Origin: Octopus vulgaris
Taxonomy: Eukaryota
Assembly: GCA_951406725.2 (NCBI GenBank)
Contig: OX597815.1
Span: 45,384,001 to 45,448,000 of the forward strand
Reading direction: 5' to 3'
Length of the DNA: 64,000 nucleotides
The notes beneath the pieces were generated by a model. It had not been told where the DNA came from and did no database searches. It saw nothing but the letters and a program-made list of their open reading frames with translations. The position numbers were made by a program, and so were the translations under genes. This document shows positions 1 to 12,580 of this stretch, piece by piece. Position 1 is the first letter of the stretch. The number at the start of each line of letters is the position of its first letter.

Positions 1-424
1 CGTAAATCTAATCCAGACTTATTTTTATTATCTCTCTGAAGTTAGAATTACAAGCTATAAGCGTCGTAACTGGCTAAAGGTAGATTTTTATGTCGTGTCT
101 ATGAGAGATTTACAACAAGGTTTTGCCATTTAGTTTATCTATGTTTTCTGTTATTTATGTTTTGTTTTTGTTTTTTTGTTTTATATTTGTAACACAGAAG
201 TTGGATTGATAAAACGTGTCTTTGTCAACTTCGTCAACAGGCTTTAAACATCATTCTATGTAACTGAGAAAATGGTGTTGAAGTCCAATTTATTTCACTC
301 ATCAGTTATTTAATATTCTAAGTAAAGATGATTTTCAACAACAAAATGACACAAATAAATGCCGGTTATTTTGCTAACTCATTGTTTCTCAATACGAATC
401 TAATAATGCAGTCAGTCTGTGTGC

Positions 425-600
425 GTAGATGTATGATCTAACGCTTAGTATTTTGGGCTCCCGATTATAAGGTACTAGGTTCATTCCCCCAGATCGGGCG
501 GTGCATTGTTTATTTGAATGATACATTATTTCATGTTGCTTCTAGTTCACTCAACGGAAAAGTGAGTTCCAGCCTACCGCTGGTGCAGCATTCTCTTCGT
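425..600 (+). mobile_element. Degenerate tRNA-derived SINE (family C of this window)
   Basis: Diverged match to the 9093-9345 copy: B-box-like GGTTCATTCCCC, then TTATTTCATGTTGCTTCTAGTTCACTCAAC..AAAGTGAGT. Confidence 0.55.
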
Positions 601-1299
601 TTAGTTGTCATATCTCAAACGTTCCACTGAGGCAATGGTGAAAGAGTCGTGAGGGTGTAACCGTGCGTACTCGCACCGTTAAAACAATTATCGAAAGAAT
701 AGAACCTGCCAGCAAGTCATACTCGCTTGCCAGTGACAACTCTATATGCCTGCAGGTACGTGTGTGTATATGTGTGTGTGCATGTGTGTGTTGTACTGTG
801 TTGTGTTCATGCTATAGCTTTGTTGAGCTATACGCAAACAAACTAGTAGAGACAAGAAAACATTTATCAAAGGTTTATTACTTTACGTACATCAGGGCTT
901 AAGTCGTCGGTTATTTCTGTTTAGTTCACACTCACTGTTGACATTCTTTTGTTTTCCTTCTCCTACCGGAACTCCCTGTTCTTTTCCTGCTGACCAACTT
1001 CCTAGCTAGCCCGCAGCAAAGTTTCTGTCTACAGTTCGTCTGTCACGAATCCTGCCCTACAATGCTATATTTTCTTGAAACCAAAAAACTGGATTTATGA
1101 CGAGTTCATGGATGGGATGGAAGATGTGTAGATCACTGTAGTAAATTCTTGGTAGTATAATTAATTTCAACCTCCAACGAATTAAAAGACATTTCAACTA
1201 GTGCAACAAATAGCTACATACTTAGGTTGCTCTATCAAATATGTCTTTGAATATGTCTTCTGCATATTTGTGGTCTTATGTTCAAAAGAAAAAGCGTAA

Positions 1300-1430
1300 T
1301 TCTTTTCTACAATTGGCACAACGCCTGAAATTTGGGGCAAGGCTGTTAGTCGATTACATCAACCCCAGTGTTCAACTGATACTTATTTAACCAACCCTGA
1401 AAGGATGAAGGGCAAAGCTAACCTCGGTGT
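1300..1430 (-). mobile_element. SINE family A fragment (Meta/MESC-like core)
   Basis: CCCTGAAAGGATGAAGGGCAAAGCTAACCTCGG matches the reverse of the 19903-20133 copy. Confidence 0.7.
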
Positions 1431-2080
1431 TCGTATTTTACCACTTGTGTCCTTCGTAAGAAAGCAAAAAGCAGCTATAGATACCACTATCTTGTAAGCA
1501 GGTACAATAAAATCAGATACAATATATCAATAGTCAGGAACAATGTATCAATGAAATCAATAATTCCCACATTTGTTGACTCTTGAAAAGTTTTCTAACG
1601 TAATTACAGTTTAATAACTACTTAACAGTTTGCTTTTCATAAGTTTACATTGAAATTTTAGTTTATGATATATAATAAACGTATCTCTTTATATCATAAT
1701 TTCCAGCATGTAATCGATGTATTATACAGTGTAAACATGTAGTGTAAACATTCACACCATCTTTGCAAATTCTACTGTTCATTCACATGGAATTTTCGGT
1801 TTTCCAAAGTCGTCTTGTTGTACTAGTCGACTTAACTTTTTTGCTGTAAATTTTTATGGGAAAAATTCGACTTTCTACCGAAAAATACAGTATGGCTAAC
1901 AGTTATAAGAAAACGTCGTTGGCTTTGCTTTTTTGTATTGTATTTTCATACTTTGGGCAAGCATACAAGATAGTTGTGGCGAATTTGTGCCTTTCGTGAA
2001 TACCAACTAAGACTACTAACCAGATTAGTTTGGTTCCCTATTAAATATATATTATGTAGCTTCAGTTCAATTAGCGAGTA

Positions 2081-2149
<69 letters not shown>

Positions 2150-2611
2150 CAAAAGACAAGCGGGTTAGGTGACTGCGTTTAACTTCGAATTATAATGTCA
2201 TGTATATGAGTATCACGTTTGGCGGCTGTGTCTTAAGTCTTATATAAATGTACTTAAGTTTGTATATATAACTTCAAGGCAACTAGTCTAGTTCACTCTC
2301 CTTAAGCTTTGGTACTAAAGGCTTTTATTTGGTTTTAAAAGTTTTTGTAAAGAACTTTGCGCTTGTGATCTAATATACAATACTTATTTTGTATTAGCGA
2401 TTGTGTTTTTTCTTTTAACCTAGTTGATAACGATACTTCATCGTTTTCTCATATTTTAAAACGTTTACAATTTTGACATCTCTTTAATATCATTTACTTT
2501 CTATTACTGGATTTCATTTCGATATTTTCCTTATAGCTATTCAGAATACCCTACCTACATCGTCGCACTGATAAACCAGAACGAGTGGAGTCACGATAAT
2601 TCATCAGTTAT

Positions 2612-2795
2612 CTTTTACTTGTATCAGTCATAGGACTGCGGCTATACTGGAGCATCACCCTAAAGGATTTAGTCGAACAAATCGATCCTAGTATTCGTTT
2701 TTAAAACTGGTACCTATTCTATCGATATCTTTTGCCGGACCGCTTAAGTGGGGGGACGTAAACAAACCAATGCCGGCTGTCAATAGGTGGTGGCG

Positions 2796-2800
<5 letters not shown>
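2612..2800 (-). mobile_element. SINE family B 3' half
   Basis: CTTTTACTTGTATCAGTCAT..GCTATACTGGAGCATCACCC..GGGGACGTAAAC is the reverse of the tail of 38428-38845. Confidence 0.7.
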
Positions 2801-2835
<35 letters not shown>

Positions 2836-2864
2836 ACACACATACACAGACGCATATATACACT

Positions 2865-2979
2865 TCGTGGCACATTGAGCAACTGATTTATACTACAACC
2901 TTGGGTCGACCAAAGCCCTGTGAGTAGATTTTAGTAGACAGAAACTGAAAGAACCCCGTCGTATATATATATATATATA

Positions 2980-3029
<50 letters not shown>

Positions 3030-3270
3030 TTTATGTATTTGTGTGTGTATATGTGTGTTTTTGTATGTCTGCGTTTGTCCCCACACCATTGCTTGGCAAC
3101 CAATGTTGGTGTATTTATGTCCCTGTAAATTAGCGGCTCGGCAAAAGAAACCGCTAGAATAAGTACTAGGCTTACAAAGAAAAAGTCCTGAGTCAATTTC
3201 TTTGACTAAAACCCTTTAAGGTGGTGCTCCAGCATGGCTGCAGTCAAATGACTGAACCAAGTAAAAGAAA
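2865..3270 (+). mobile_element. SINE family B (CORE-like, internal TA/TG microsatellite), 5'-truncated
   Basis: GACCAAAGCCCTGTGAGTAGATTTTAGTAGACAGAAACTGAAAGAA-(TA)n-..GGTGCTCCAGCATGGCTGCAGTCAAATGACTGAA. Confidence 0.85.
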
Positions 3271-4224
3271 ACAAGAAAAAATATCCGAAGGGCTTCTTCA
3301 CAAAATTCATCTGAAACATCCATCTGTATGGTTCGATCCACTTTGGGTTATAGTAGAAGACTCTTGCCGAATATGTCACGCGGTGGGACTGAACCCGGGA
3401 CCATGTGATACAGTGATAATATTCAGGCTTTCTTAAACGCATCAATGGATAATAAGAAAAATACAAAAGAAAGTAAGAAGAAAACTGAAAGAATAGACCG
3501 AAACAGAAAAGAATCGCCGTTATGTCATGTTAGATCTTGCTTGATAAATGGAAGCAGGGAAGTTACTGAAAAACATAGTAAAAATTTAATACCAGACAGA
3601 AGACATTGAGATACGTGTAAGTGGAATGCAAAATAGCAAATATGTACAGTCAAATGCAGTTAGGAAGGTTTGAGAGGAACAGGAAATGTAAGAAAGAGAA
3701 TATTTATAATTGGTTGGTGGGGGTAGTGAAGAGGATTAGAACGTACTAAGAGAAAAAAATAGAGCAAAATGAAAAGCAGAAGAGACGGAGGGGAAGCAAT
3801 TACGGTCTAATGAAATATAAATCGTACAGCTTAAGCCCGGTGTGCGAGTGTGTGTGTGTGCGGGCGCGTATGAGAGAAAGCTAGATGCAGAGAAAGGGAG
3901 AGGAGAGAGAAAGAGACAGGAGCAAAAGTCAAGTGGGCTTAGGTGACTGCGTCTAACTTCGAATTGAAAATGCTTGCGTTGCGTCATGCCCTTGAGCAAA
4001 ACACTTCACTCTGTTTGGTTCAGTTTACTTTGCTCCAGAATGGTACCATTATGTCGGGGAACTTAATCTGCGATAATCTAGCGTCTAGTACAAGGACGCG
4101 TCCGAATATTATCTCCTTTACGGTGACAAAAAAATACTTGAGTTAACTTGATAAATCATCGTAACAGAAAAAACAAAAGCGTGTGAGTGTGTGTGTTTGC
4201 GTATGTATATATGTATGTGTGCAC

Positions 4225-4255
<31 letters not shown>

Positions 4256-4538
4256 TGTATGTATGTATGTATGTATGTATGCATGTATGTGTGTATGCAT
4301 GTATGTATGTATGTATGTATGTGTATGTGTGTCTGTGTCTGTGTGTGCACGTGCGCGTGTTTGTGTGTACAAATACGCGACGTTAATGGAGGGGGGAGGA
4401 CGATACAAGAGGAGAATCATGGGATACTAATAACGGTGTGAATATTTGAAAGATCATCTTTATGAAATGTTACCTTTTGTTCTGTAGTACTTCCATTAAT
4501 ATGAACATATATTTTTACTTTGCTAGCGAAGTAACCGA

Positions 4539-4726
4539 AAGGTATTTTTCGATGTTATTATCATTGTTCAGGTCACTGCTTGGAATCGAACTCGAAATCT
4601 TGGGGTTAGTAGCCCGCGCTCTTAACCACGGGCATATGGCGTAGTGGTTAAGAGCGCGGGCTACTAACCCCAAGATTTCGAGTTCGATTCCAAGCAGTGA
4701 CCTGAACAATAATAATAATAATAATA

Positions 4727-4786
<60 letters not shown>

Positions 4787-4793
4787 CTGATGC

Positions 4794-4826
<33 letters not shown>

Positions 4827-4990
4827 CAACAACAACAACAACATCGAAAAATACCTTAGGAATGAAAACCCAGGTTCGAAATTTCCCCAAGACACCTGAA
4901 GAAGGCTGGAGGGCATATCAGCCGAAACGTTGTGTTAACAACAAACAAGATGAGGACAAATATCCGTTGAATGTAAATAAAGTAAATAAT
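4539..4990 (+). mobile_element. tRNA-headed short element with 3' hammerhead ribozyme and inverted 5' duplication (Penelope-dependent SINE/retrozyme-like)
   Basis: A box TGGCGTAGTGG (4637) and B box GAGTTCGATTCC (4680); internal (AAT)(GAT)(AAC) repeat; hammerhead at 4891-4936; 4563-4629 is the exact reverse complement of 4644-4710. Confidence 0.8.
4891..4936 (+). ncRNA. Minimal type-I hammerhead ribozyme
   Basis: GACAC-CUGAAGA-A-GGCUG(10-nt loop)CAGCC-GAAA-CG-UU-GUGUU: helix I GACAC/GUGUU, helix II GGCUG/CAGCC, palindromic helix III ACGU, GUU cleavage triplet. Confidence 0.75.
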
Positions 4991-5014
4991 GCCTATGATT
5001 ATTACAGATTTAGA

Positions 5015-5210
5015 AGACGGTGTGCTGGCAGAATCAGTAACACACCGAACAAAATGCTTACTGATATTTCTTCTGGCTCTACGTTCTGAGTTCAAATCTC
5101 GCCGAGGTCAACTTTTCTTCTCGATAAAATAAATATCAGCTGAGAGTGATGAATCACCTATCGCACACGAATTTCAGGCCTTATGTCTCTAGCAGAAATA
5201 ATTATTATAG
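5015..5210 (+). mobile_element. SINE family A, degenerate
   Basis: GCTGGCAGAATCAGTAACAC..TACGTTCTGAGTTCAAATCTCGCCGAGGTCAAC. Confidence 0.75.
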
Positions 5211-5861
5211 AACTAGTTTAACATAATAGGTATTTGGCAACATCTCTTTACGTTCTGAGACCAAGTCCTGTCGTGGTCGATTTGTGCTTTTCATCATTTC
5301 TGTGTCGGGACGTTGAAAATAAAATACCAGTCAAGTACTATAAATTGTAAGGAGCAATATCAATATTACAAATCAACATACTGTTTGAACGTCCAGATTT
5401 GTTACTATCCAGACGTAGAAACGGGATATATATTAGCTACTTTCAACTACAATTGCTACAATATACAATCAACCACATATAGAATTGCTATCAACTAATG
5501 ATGAAGAAGAGTTCTAAAAACAGGAATATCGTGTGTAGAGTCTACGAGCTAATCTAGTCCCCTAATTAAAGAAACCAGATGTTTTGGAAAGATTTACAAC
5601 CTTTCACTGTATATCTTTAGTTCATTATATATGGGTGAGAGGGGTGAGTGTATATGTGTGCGTATATATGTCAAAATGGTCAAACGGAAGAAAAAAGTCT
5701 GGCTGTAACAATTTATTTAAATATCTTTTCTTTACAAATAACTGCCAACTAAATTATCTGGAAGGCAAATTTATTGAACCTTCCTAAGCAAAAAATTATC
5801 TTAAAATTTGAATAATGATATAGAAGCAACTCTTGAAAAAAATCCTTATCTATATAACATA

Positions 5862-6312
5862 CTTAACGTATGTGCATCGTTGAAAAATCAAAAGCTGCAG
5901 TTTTCGTCCGAAAAAAGTCCCTCTATAACGTATTGTGTTTAAAAAAATGCAACGTGCGAGTACTTCAGAGCTAGGCAAAACTAAATAGCTCCGAAATTGA
6001 CTACAAGTGCGACAGATGTGCATTTCGCCGTTCTTATGGCTTTTCAGTATCACATACTCGTGTCACTTCCGAAACGAAGTCGAATGGGCCACACTGGTTT
6101 GCAGTGACGCCATTTGAATTATTCAAAAGAAGTAGCTATAGAGTAAAATTATTATCTTTGTGACACAATGTATGTACATCGTTGAAAAGCCAGAATCTGC
6201 AGTTTTCGTCCGAGAAAAATCCCTTTACAGACATATGTTAAAAGTATGACACAATAAGTCTATAAAGAGATTTCTTTGTCTGGCGAAAACTACAGCTTTT
6301 AGTTTTTCAACG
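5862..6312. repeat. Direct duplication (~80 bp, ~305 bp apart) plus inverted copy; MITE-like relic
   Basis: CATCGTTGAAAA..CTGCAGTTTTCGTCCGA at ~5876 and ~6177; inverted GAAAACTACAGCTTTTAGTTTTTCAACGA at ~6285. Confidence 0.6.
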
Positions 6313-6749
6313 AAACACTTTAAATATGTCATATATATAAATAATTTATCTTGAAATGTTTTATTTTGCTGTTTAATTTTGGAAAGCTTTTTCATACAGC
6401 ATTTATATGAGTTATTTACATTTCGCTTTATCATTTAGACGTTGTAACCTCTTGAGAGAATATGCATTTCTCACAATAGAAAGAGTTCAATTTTGCTGAT
6501 AAATCCGTATTTTGTCTTTTTTCTGGATTCGATAAAATATATCGTTGTTCGCGGTTCAGGTATAAATAACATCTTAGAGCATGGTATGAATCAAACCACC
6601 AAAAACTGCATTGTGAAAGAGGTTCAAGAAAACAGTAATGCCGCATTGTCTGTCACACGGATTAACAAGAGATGTGTTCGGTTCTTAGATAGAGAGGTCC
6701 GTTTAAAAAGTATACTAGTCTCCACTCAATGCAGATATAACCAGTAATG

Positions 6750-6956
6750 AACCTGCCACTTGTTCTGGAAGGCGTGGATGGGGACACAAAGGATATGTGT
6801 CTCGGGACCCTGAAAGGAATCCGCGAGGGAACAGCTTTGACGGTTGCTTCTCCTTGAACCCTATGGAGGAAGCTCCTTAGGACTCTACTCCCACGACCCT
6901 CCCAGAAATAGTGGACGGAGAAGATGAAGGGATGGGTGATTGAATGGATGGATGGA
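6750..6956 (+). mobile_element. LINE 3' end fragment (RTE-like) with (GGAT)n tail
   Basis: GC-richer segment reading ..WRKLLRTLLPRPSQK-stop, followed by GGATGGATGG tail. Confidence 0.4.
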
Positions 6957-7423
6957 ATAAGTACGGGTTGTACACTGAAGTCTATGTAACTGACTTCAGC
7001 TTCCTTTGAGAATTTGTATCTTTGTTAGAAAACCTTATTACTAATTCGAATTTACAGAAGAAGTATTTAGTAAAACCTCTTTACGTTCCGAAATCGAATC
7101 TCGATGAGGTCAATTTAACTTTTCCTCATTTTGGAGGCACAAAAATAAAGTACCAGCCAAGTACTGAGATCGATATAATTGACTGTACTCCATGAAATCA
7201 TTACAAAGAAGGTTAACATTACGATTCAATAATGTCTAAACTTCAGGTCATCTTTCCATCCACACATACAAACGGATGACGGAGACTCATTTCTCTGATA
7301 ATATACTATATAACCGTTAGCCCGGAGTGCCAACGATTCTGCCAGCTCGCCGCCTTATCTAGGTCAGGTAATATAAGAAACCAAAAGTTTTGACATAATT
7401 TACCACTTTTCAATGTATATTTG

Positions 7424-7660
7424 TATCTATTTCTTTACTACCCACAAGGGGCTAAACACAGAGGGGACAAACAAGGACAGGCAAACAGATTAAGTCGATT
7501 ATATCGACCCCAGTGTGTAACTGGTACTCATTTAATCGACCCCGAAAGGATGAAAGGCAAAGTCGACCTCGGCGAAATTCGAACTCAGAACGTAACGGCA
7601 GACGAAATACCGCTAAACATTTCGCCTGTCGTGCTAACGTTTCTGCCAGCTCACCGCCCT
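7424..7660 (-). mobile_element. SINE family A, full length
   Basis: Near-identical reverse complement of 19903-20133, including tail TTTCTTTACTACCCACAAGGGGCTAAACAC. Confidence 0.9.
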
Positions 7661-8571
7661 ATCAATGTATATTTGTATCTCGTACACACACACACACACG
7701 CACACACATCTATCGAACCATACGTGCCTGCCTACCTACCTACCTACCTACCTATGGTACATACATACATACATACATACATACATACATACATACATAC
7801 ATACATACATACATACATACATACATACATACATACATACACACGTACATCGAACATTGGAGGTGTGAGTGTGCGTGTTAAACTGGTCAGATGAAAAAGT
7901 TTAGCAGTCCAAATCATTTTTATAAGTTTGTCCTGAACGTCCATGCTTAATTTCAGACTATTATTGGCTTTTGTTTCATAAGTTGTGAGTAATATAAAGT
8001 TTTCCCAAGTTGCTCTGTTGATTGAAAAACAAATTGGGAATATGGTGCATGGCCGCCAGGGAAATATGTCCTGTATATCACAAATAGACAGGACAGGCAA
8101 AAGGTTAAAGACCTTCACTAAACGTCACAGCGTTAACTGCCAACTGCATTATCTCGAAACAAAATTCTGAAGCCTTATTGTAAGTAAAGAAATTAGTCCA
8201 ATATTTTATTTTATTGTTGTTGATTTTTAGTTATTTATTTTTTGCACTTGCTCCGTTTTCTAAAAGTTCATGTCTTCTACAATTAACAGAAACCAAAAAG
8301 TAATCTGTTCTCATGGAAAATCAATCATGCGCAACCTGTATAATCCTTTCTAATATATATAGGTGCGAAACCTGAAATTTTGGTTGATTACATCGATCCC
8401 ACTGTTCGATGGGGTTTATTTTATTGACACCTAAAGGATGGCTAGTAAAGTCAAGCTCGGCGGAATTAGAACACAGAACGTAAAACCGAAAGAAATTCCG
8501 CTAAGCCAGTTTGACACCTTAGAATGTCTTAAAAATATGCGAATATTATTAAACTAAAGAAGGCATTACAA

Positions 8572-8800
8572 CAGTGCATCTCAACCATTTTCTTACCTAA
8601 GGACCCCTTTGACTCCTATTTTACTTTTGATGTTTAGAAAATCTTATATTTCTATAATTCAATATTATTAGGAACTGTATTAAAAAATTGTAATATTTTA
8701 TGTGTTGCAGAAGTATAACCAGTTTATTGCACATAAATTTTAGCAATAAAATCTTATGTGGACCCTCAAGGGCCATATGGACACTGATTGAGAATCACTG
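8572..8800. mobile_element. hAT-type MITE
   Basis: TIRs CAGTGCATCTCAAC / ATTGAGAATCACTG; 8-bp TSD CATTACAA / CATTAGAA. Confidence 0.8.
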
Positions 8801-8844
8801 CATTAGAAGGATGAAATAAGTTTAAATTTCAGTAACTGTAGCGT

Positions 8845-9078
8845 GGAGGCGCGTGACTTAGTGGTTAAGGTGTCAGCATCATGATCGTATGGTTGTGGTT
8901 TCGATTCCTGGACCGAGTGATGCATTGTGTTCTTGAACAAAACACTTCGTTTCACGTTGCTCCAGTCCACTCAGCTGGCAAAAATGAGTAACGCTGCGAT
9001 GGACCGGCGTCCCGTACAGGTGGGGAATTTCTACACCACTGAAACCGGGAAACCGGCCCTTATGAGCCTGGAATGGCA
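8845..9078 (+). mobile_element. SINE family C copy 1
   Basis: A box TGACTTAGTGG, B box GTTTCGATTCC, core TGTGTTCTTGAACAAAACACTT..GCTCCAGTCCACTCAGCTGG. Confidence 0.85.
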
Positions 9079-9092
9079 CTAAGTATTTAGAT

Positions 9093-9345
9093 GGAGGCGC
9101 GTGGCTTAGTGGTTAGGGTGTCAGCACCATGATCGTAAGACTGTGGTTTTGATTCCTGGACCGAGCGACGCGTTGTGTTCTTGAGCAAAACACTTCATTT
9201 CACGTTGCTCCAGTCCACTCAGCTGGCAAAAATGAGTAACGCTACGATGGACTGGCGTCCCGTCCAGCTGGGGAACACATACGCCATTGAAACCGGGAAC
9301 CGGGCCCATGAGCCTGGCTAGGCTTTAAAAAGGGCGCATTTATTA
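9093..9345 (+). mobile_element. SINE family C copy 2 (tandem with copy 1)
   Basis: GGAGGCGCGTGGCTTAGTGGTTAGGGTG head, same core, (TTA)n tail. Confidence 0.85.
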
Positions 9346-10823
9346 TTATTTTTTTTTTATTTCAGTAACTGTAGAAAAAACAAGGAGATGGAACTTACGG
9401 AAAAACTTTTTCGACATTGTTCGACTTGGCACATACATTAGCAAAATCCATCTCAAATTACATTCTACTGTCTTAGAAAAATGGAGTGGATGGTTACAGC
9501 TGAAATGTCGTTGATCAAAGGCATGCCTGATCAATGCTAACCTAGAAAAAGAATGTAGTGTTCTGATTTCTTTTCAAGAAATCTTTCCTCAAATTTGACC
9601 TGATTGTAATTGAGGTTGCTAATAAAATAGTTTAATAATTGTTAGTGTTTAGCAACAGTGTTCGTTTCTCTGTTAGATTCCAAGTCAAGTTTTTCACACA
9701 CTAATGGCTAATTTGATAATTTTCAATCTTCAAAACATGATGTATATATGTAAGGTGAGGTAAAATGAGTCACGACTAATTTCAATAATTTCTTCTCTTT
9801 AACTGCAACAGATAGGGAGGAATCTATAGAGGTTATTTTATGTTGAGTTTTTTTTATTTAGTCAAGTGTCGTTAATTTCATATCATGTGCGATTTTCCCT
9901 TGATTCCTCTTTCATTTAACCTAGATATTTTAAATTTTTGTTATAATTATTTCTGATCTTTCTATTATTTGAGGATGAATATTGATGTGCATGAGCCTGT
10001 CTTCAAATGTAAATCCTGGAGAATTGAAGAAGTAAATTTACCTCATCTTGACTTACCCATTTTCCCCCAGCTAAATTTGTCTTCTATATGCTCAAAGAGA
10101 ACGGTGTTAATTTCCTGAAACACTGTCCAGATTGTTATGATGTTTTTAATGCATTTAAAAAAGGACATTTGCTCAGCTGATATAGTTTTAGTAAGGTCGT
10201 GAACATTTGTAAAAAATATATTTCTTCTCGAAGTCAAAAATGCAGTAAAAAGTCCTTATTGTGCTCCCCGCCCTTTACGTGCATTTTACATATGTATATG
10301 TGTGCGCTTTACATACGTATAAGTGTGCGTTTTTGAGCTGAGAACGAACGATACTCATAAGTGTATCCGTCTGTCTAAACACAAAAAGCGAAGTACCTAA
10401 GAAAGAAAACCTGAATGCACTGTTTAAGAGGTCTGCTTTGTTTTATTTCACTCTGAAATGCCAATGTTGCTGAGTTTGGGGATGGTTCTTTTTTCTTCAA
10501 TTCGCTAATACATGAATCTTCCACCTGCTGGAAATAGTAGCCCTATCTCCTCAAATCACAGCTTGTCTGGTGAATAAAGGATACCATTGGAGAATGCAGT
10601 TAGTTTATTAAAAAATGTTAAAAATGGGATTTGAATGGTTGGAACGATTTTGGCCATAAATTTACTGAAGTAAAACAAATCTGTGGAAGCCATGGACAAT
10701 TCAGTAAAATCAACTCGGTTTCAAATTAAGCTCAGTTAATTTGCCGTACTATATAAGAATCTATAAATTTGTGCATATTGACAAAATTACTTATGTTACA
10801 AGAAGCAGAGAAAACAATTGAAC

Positions 10824-10895
<72 letters not shown>

Positions 10896-11213
10896 GAAGG
10901 AAGGAAGGAAGGAAGGAAGGATGGAAGGAAGGAAGGGTGGAAGGAAAGAAGGATAGACGGAAGGAAGAAAGAAAGAAAGAAAGAAAGAAAGGAAGAAAGA
11001 AGGAAGAAAGGAAAGAAGAAAGGAAGGAAGAAAGGAAGGAAGAAAGAAAGAAAGAAAGGAAGGAAGAAAGAAAGAAAGAAAGAAAAGAAGAAAGGAAGGA
11101 AGGAAGGAAGGAAGGAAGAATGGAAGAAAGGAAGGAAGGAAGGAAGAAAGAAAGAAATGAATAAAGAAAGAAAGAAAGAAAGAAAGAAAGAAAAGAAGAA
11201 AGGAAGGAAGGAA

Positions 11214-11245
<32 letters not shown>

Positions 11246-11287
11246 GAAGGAAGAAAGAAAGAAAGGAAGGAAGAAAGAAAGGAAGGA

Positions 11288-11322
<35 letters not shown>

Positions 11323-11421
11323 GAAGGAAGAAAGAAAGAAAGAAAGAAAGAAAGGAAGGAAGAAAGAAAGAAAGAAAAGAAAGAAAGAAAGAAAGAAGGA
11401 AGAAAGGAAAGAAGGAATGAA

Positions 11422-11455
<34 letters not shown>

Positions 11456-11570
11456 AGGAAGGAAGAAAGGAAAGAAGGAAGGAAGGAAAGAAAGAAGGAA
11501 AGAGAGAACGAAAGAAGGAAAGAGAGAAAGAAGGGGAGAGAGAAAAAGAAAGAGAGGAAAAAGGAAACAA
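10824..11570 (+). repeat. ~750-bp polypurine (GAAA/GGAA)n tract
   Basis: Almost exclusively G and A on the + strand. Confidence 0.95.
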
Positions 11571-12179
11571 ACCGAGAGGAAAACTTTATCTACAAAAAAA
11601 ACTTTAGGTATAACTGTATCAACTAATGGCGGAAGATGGTAAAGTCAAGTTTCATGACAACGGCTGGGAACCTTTGAAAGACGAAAAAGGCTTATAAATA
11701 TTTGTTCTTTCGCGCAAACCTACCCCTTCCGCCCACTTCAGAACGGTGAATCATAACAGGTGTGCACTTGTGCGTGTGTGTTCGTGTATGTGTGTATGTG
11801 TCTGTATGAGTATGTGCGTGTATGTATTCATGATTGTGTGAGTGTCTCTGTGCGTGTGTGTGTTACTGCTTACAAATCTGACAACCAAACGCCTAATGTA
11901 CGCTATATGAATCTTATATATACGTCATATCACCAACCACCATCTCCTTCACGACCACTTTCTTCATCCGTCTCATCTCACTTCAACTCCCCCCCACCTC
12001 TCTTTCTCTCTCTCTCTCTCTCCTGATATTTTCCTCATATATAAATCATAAACACATCGTTTCATTTTCTCTGTGTCATTTATATTATTATCATTATTAG
12101 CAGTATATTTACATAACTTTAATACACACCACATGTGACAACTATACACTCGCACGAGCACGCTCACCCACACCCACAC

Positions 12180-12348
12180 CCACATACATACATACATACA
12201 TACATGCATACACACATACGTACACACATACACACATATATATGTATATATATATGTATGCACATATATGTGCATATATATATACACATACATATATATG
12301 TATGTATATATATATATATATATATATATTTATTTATTTATATATATA

Positions 12349-12399
<51 letters not shown>

Positions 12400-12413
12400 T
12401 ATATATGTATATA

Positions 12414-12467
<54 letters not shown>

Positions 12468-12486
12468 GACAGACAGACAGACAGAC

Positions 12487-12579
<93 letters not shown>

Positions 12580-12580
12580 T
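12180..12580. repeat. Compound microsatellite (CATA)(TA)(CAGA)(GATA)
   Basis: Directly visible. Confidence 0.95.

Noticed and set aside
290-306. Minus-strand CUGAUGA-GU-GAAA hammerhead-like core
   Set aside because: No helix II and no convincing helix I or III; likely chance
821-1061. Possible solo LTR (TG..CA ends, AATAAA on the minus strand)
   Set aside because: No clean target-site duplication and no second copy to confirm
4631-4702. Functional tRNA gene
   Set aside because: Acceptor, D and T stems pair poorly and the sequence runs into a microsatellite and ribozyme; it is a SINE-type head
4118-5095. Poly-Met, poly-Ser and YVCM/HTYI ORFs (and similar ones across the window)
   Set aside because: Translations of microsatellites
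5495-5525. UGAUGA-AGAA-gag-UUCU-AAAA hammerhead-like remnant
   Set aside because: Two core positions are wrong and there is no cleavage triplet or helix I
10043-10237. Possible exon with a G/GTAAGT donor on the minus strand
   Set aside because: No good acceptor or recognisable protein; lies in a probable old DNA-transposon relic (about 9750-10280)
10769-11626. Long K/E/R-rich and F/L/S-rich ORFs
   Set aside because: Stop-free only because of the GAAA/GGAA repeat
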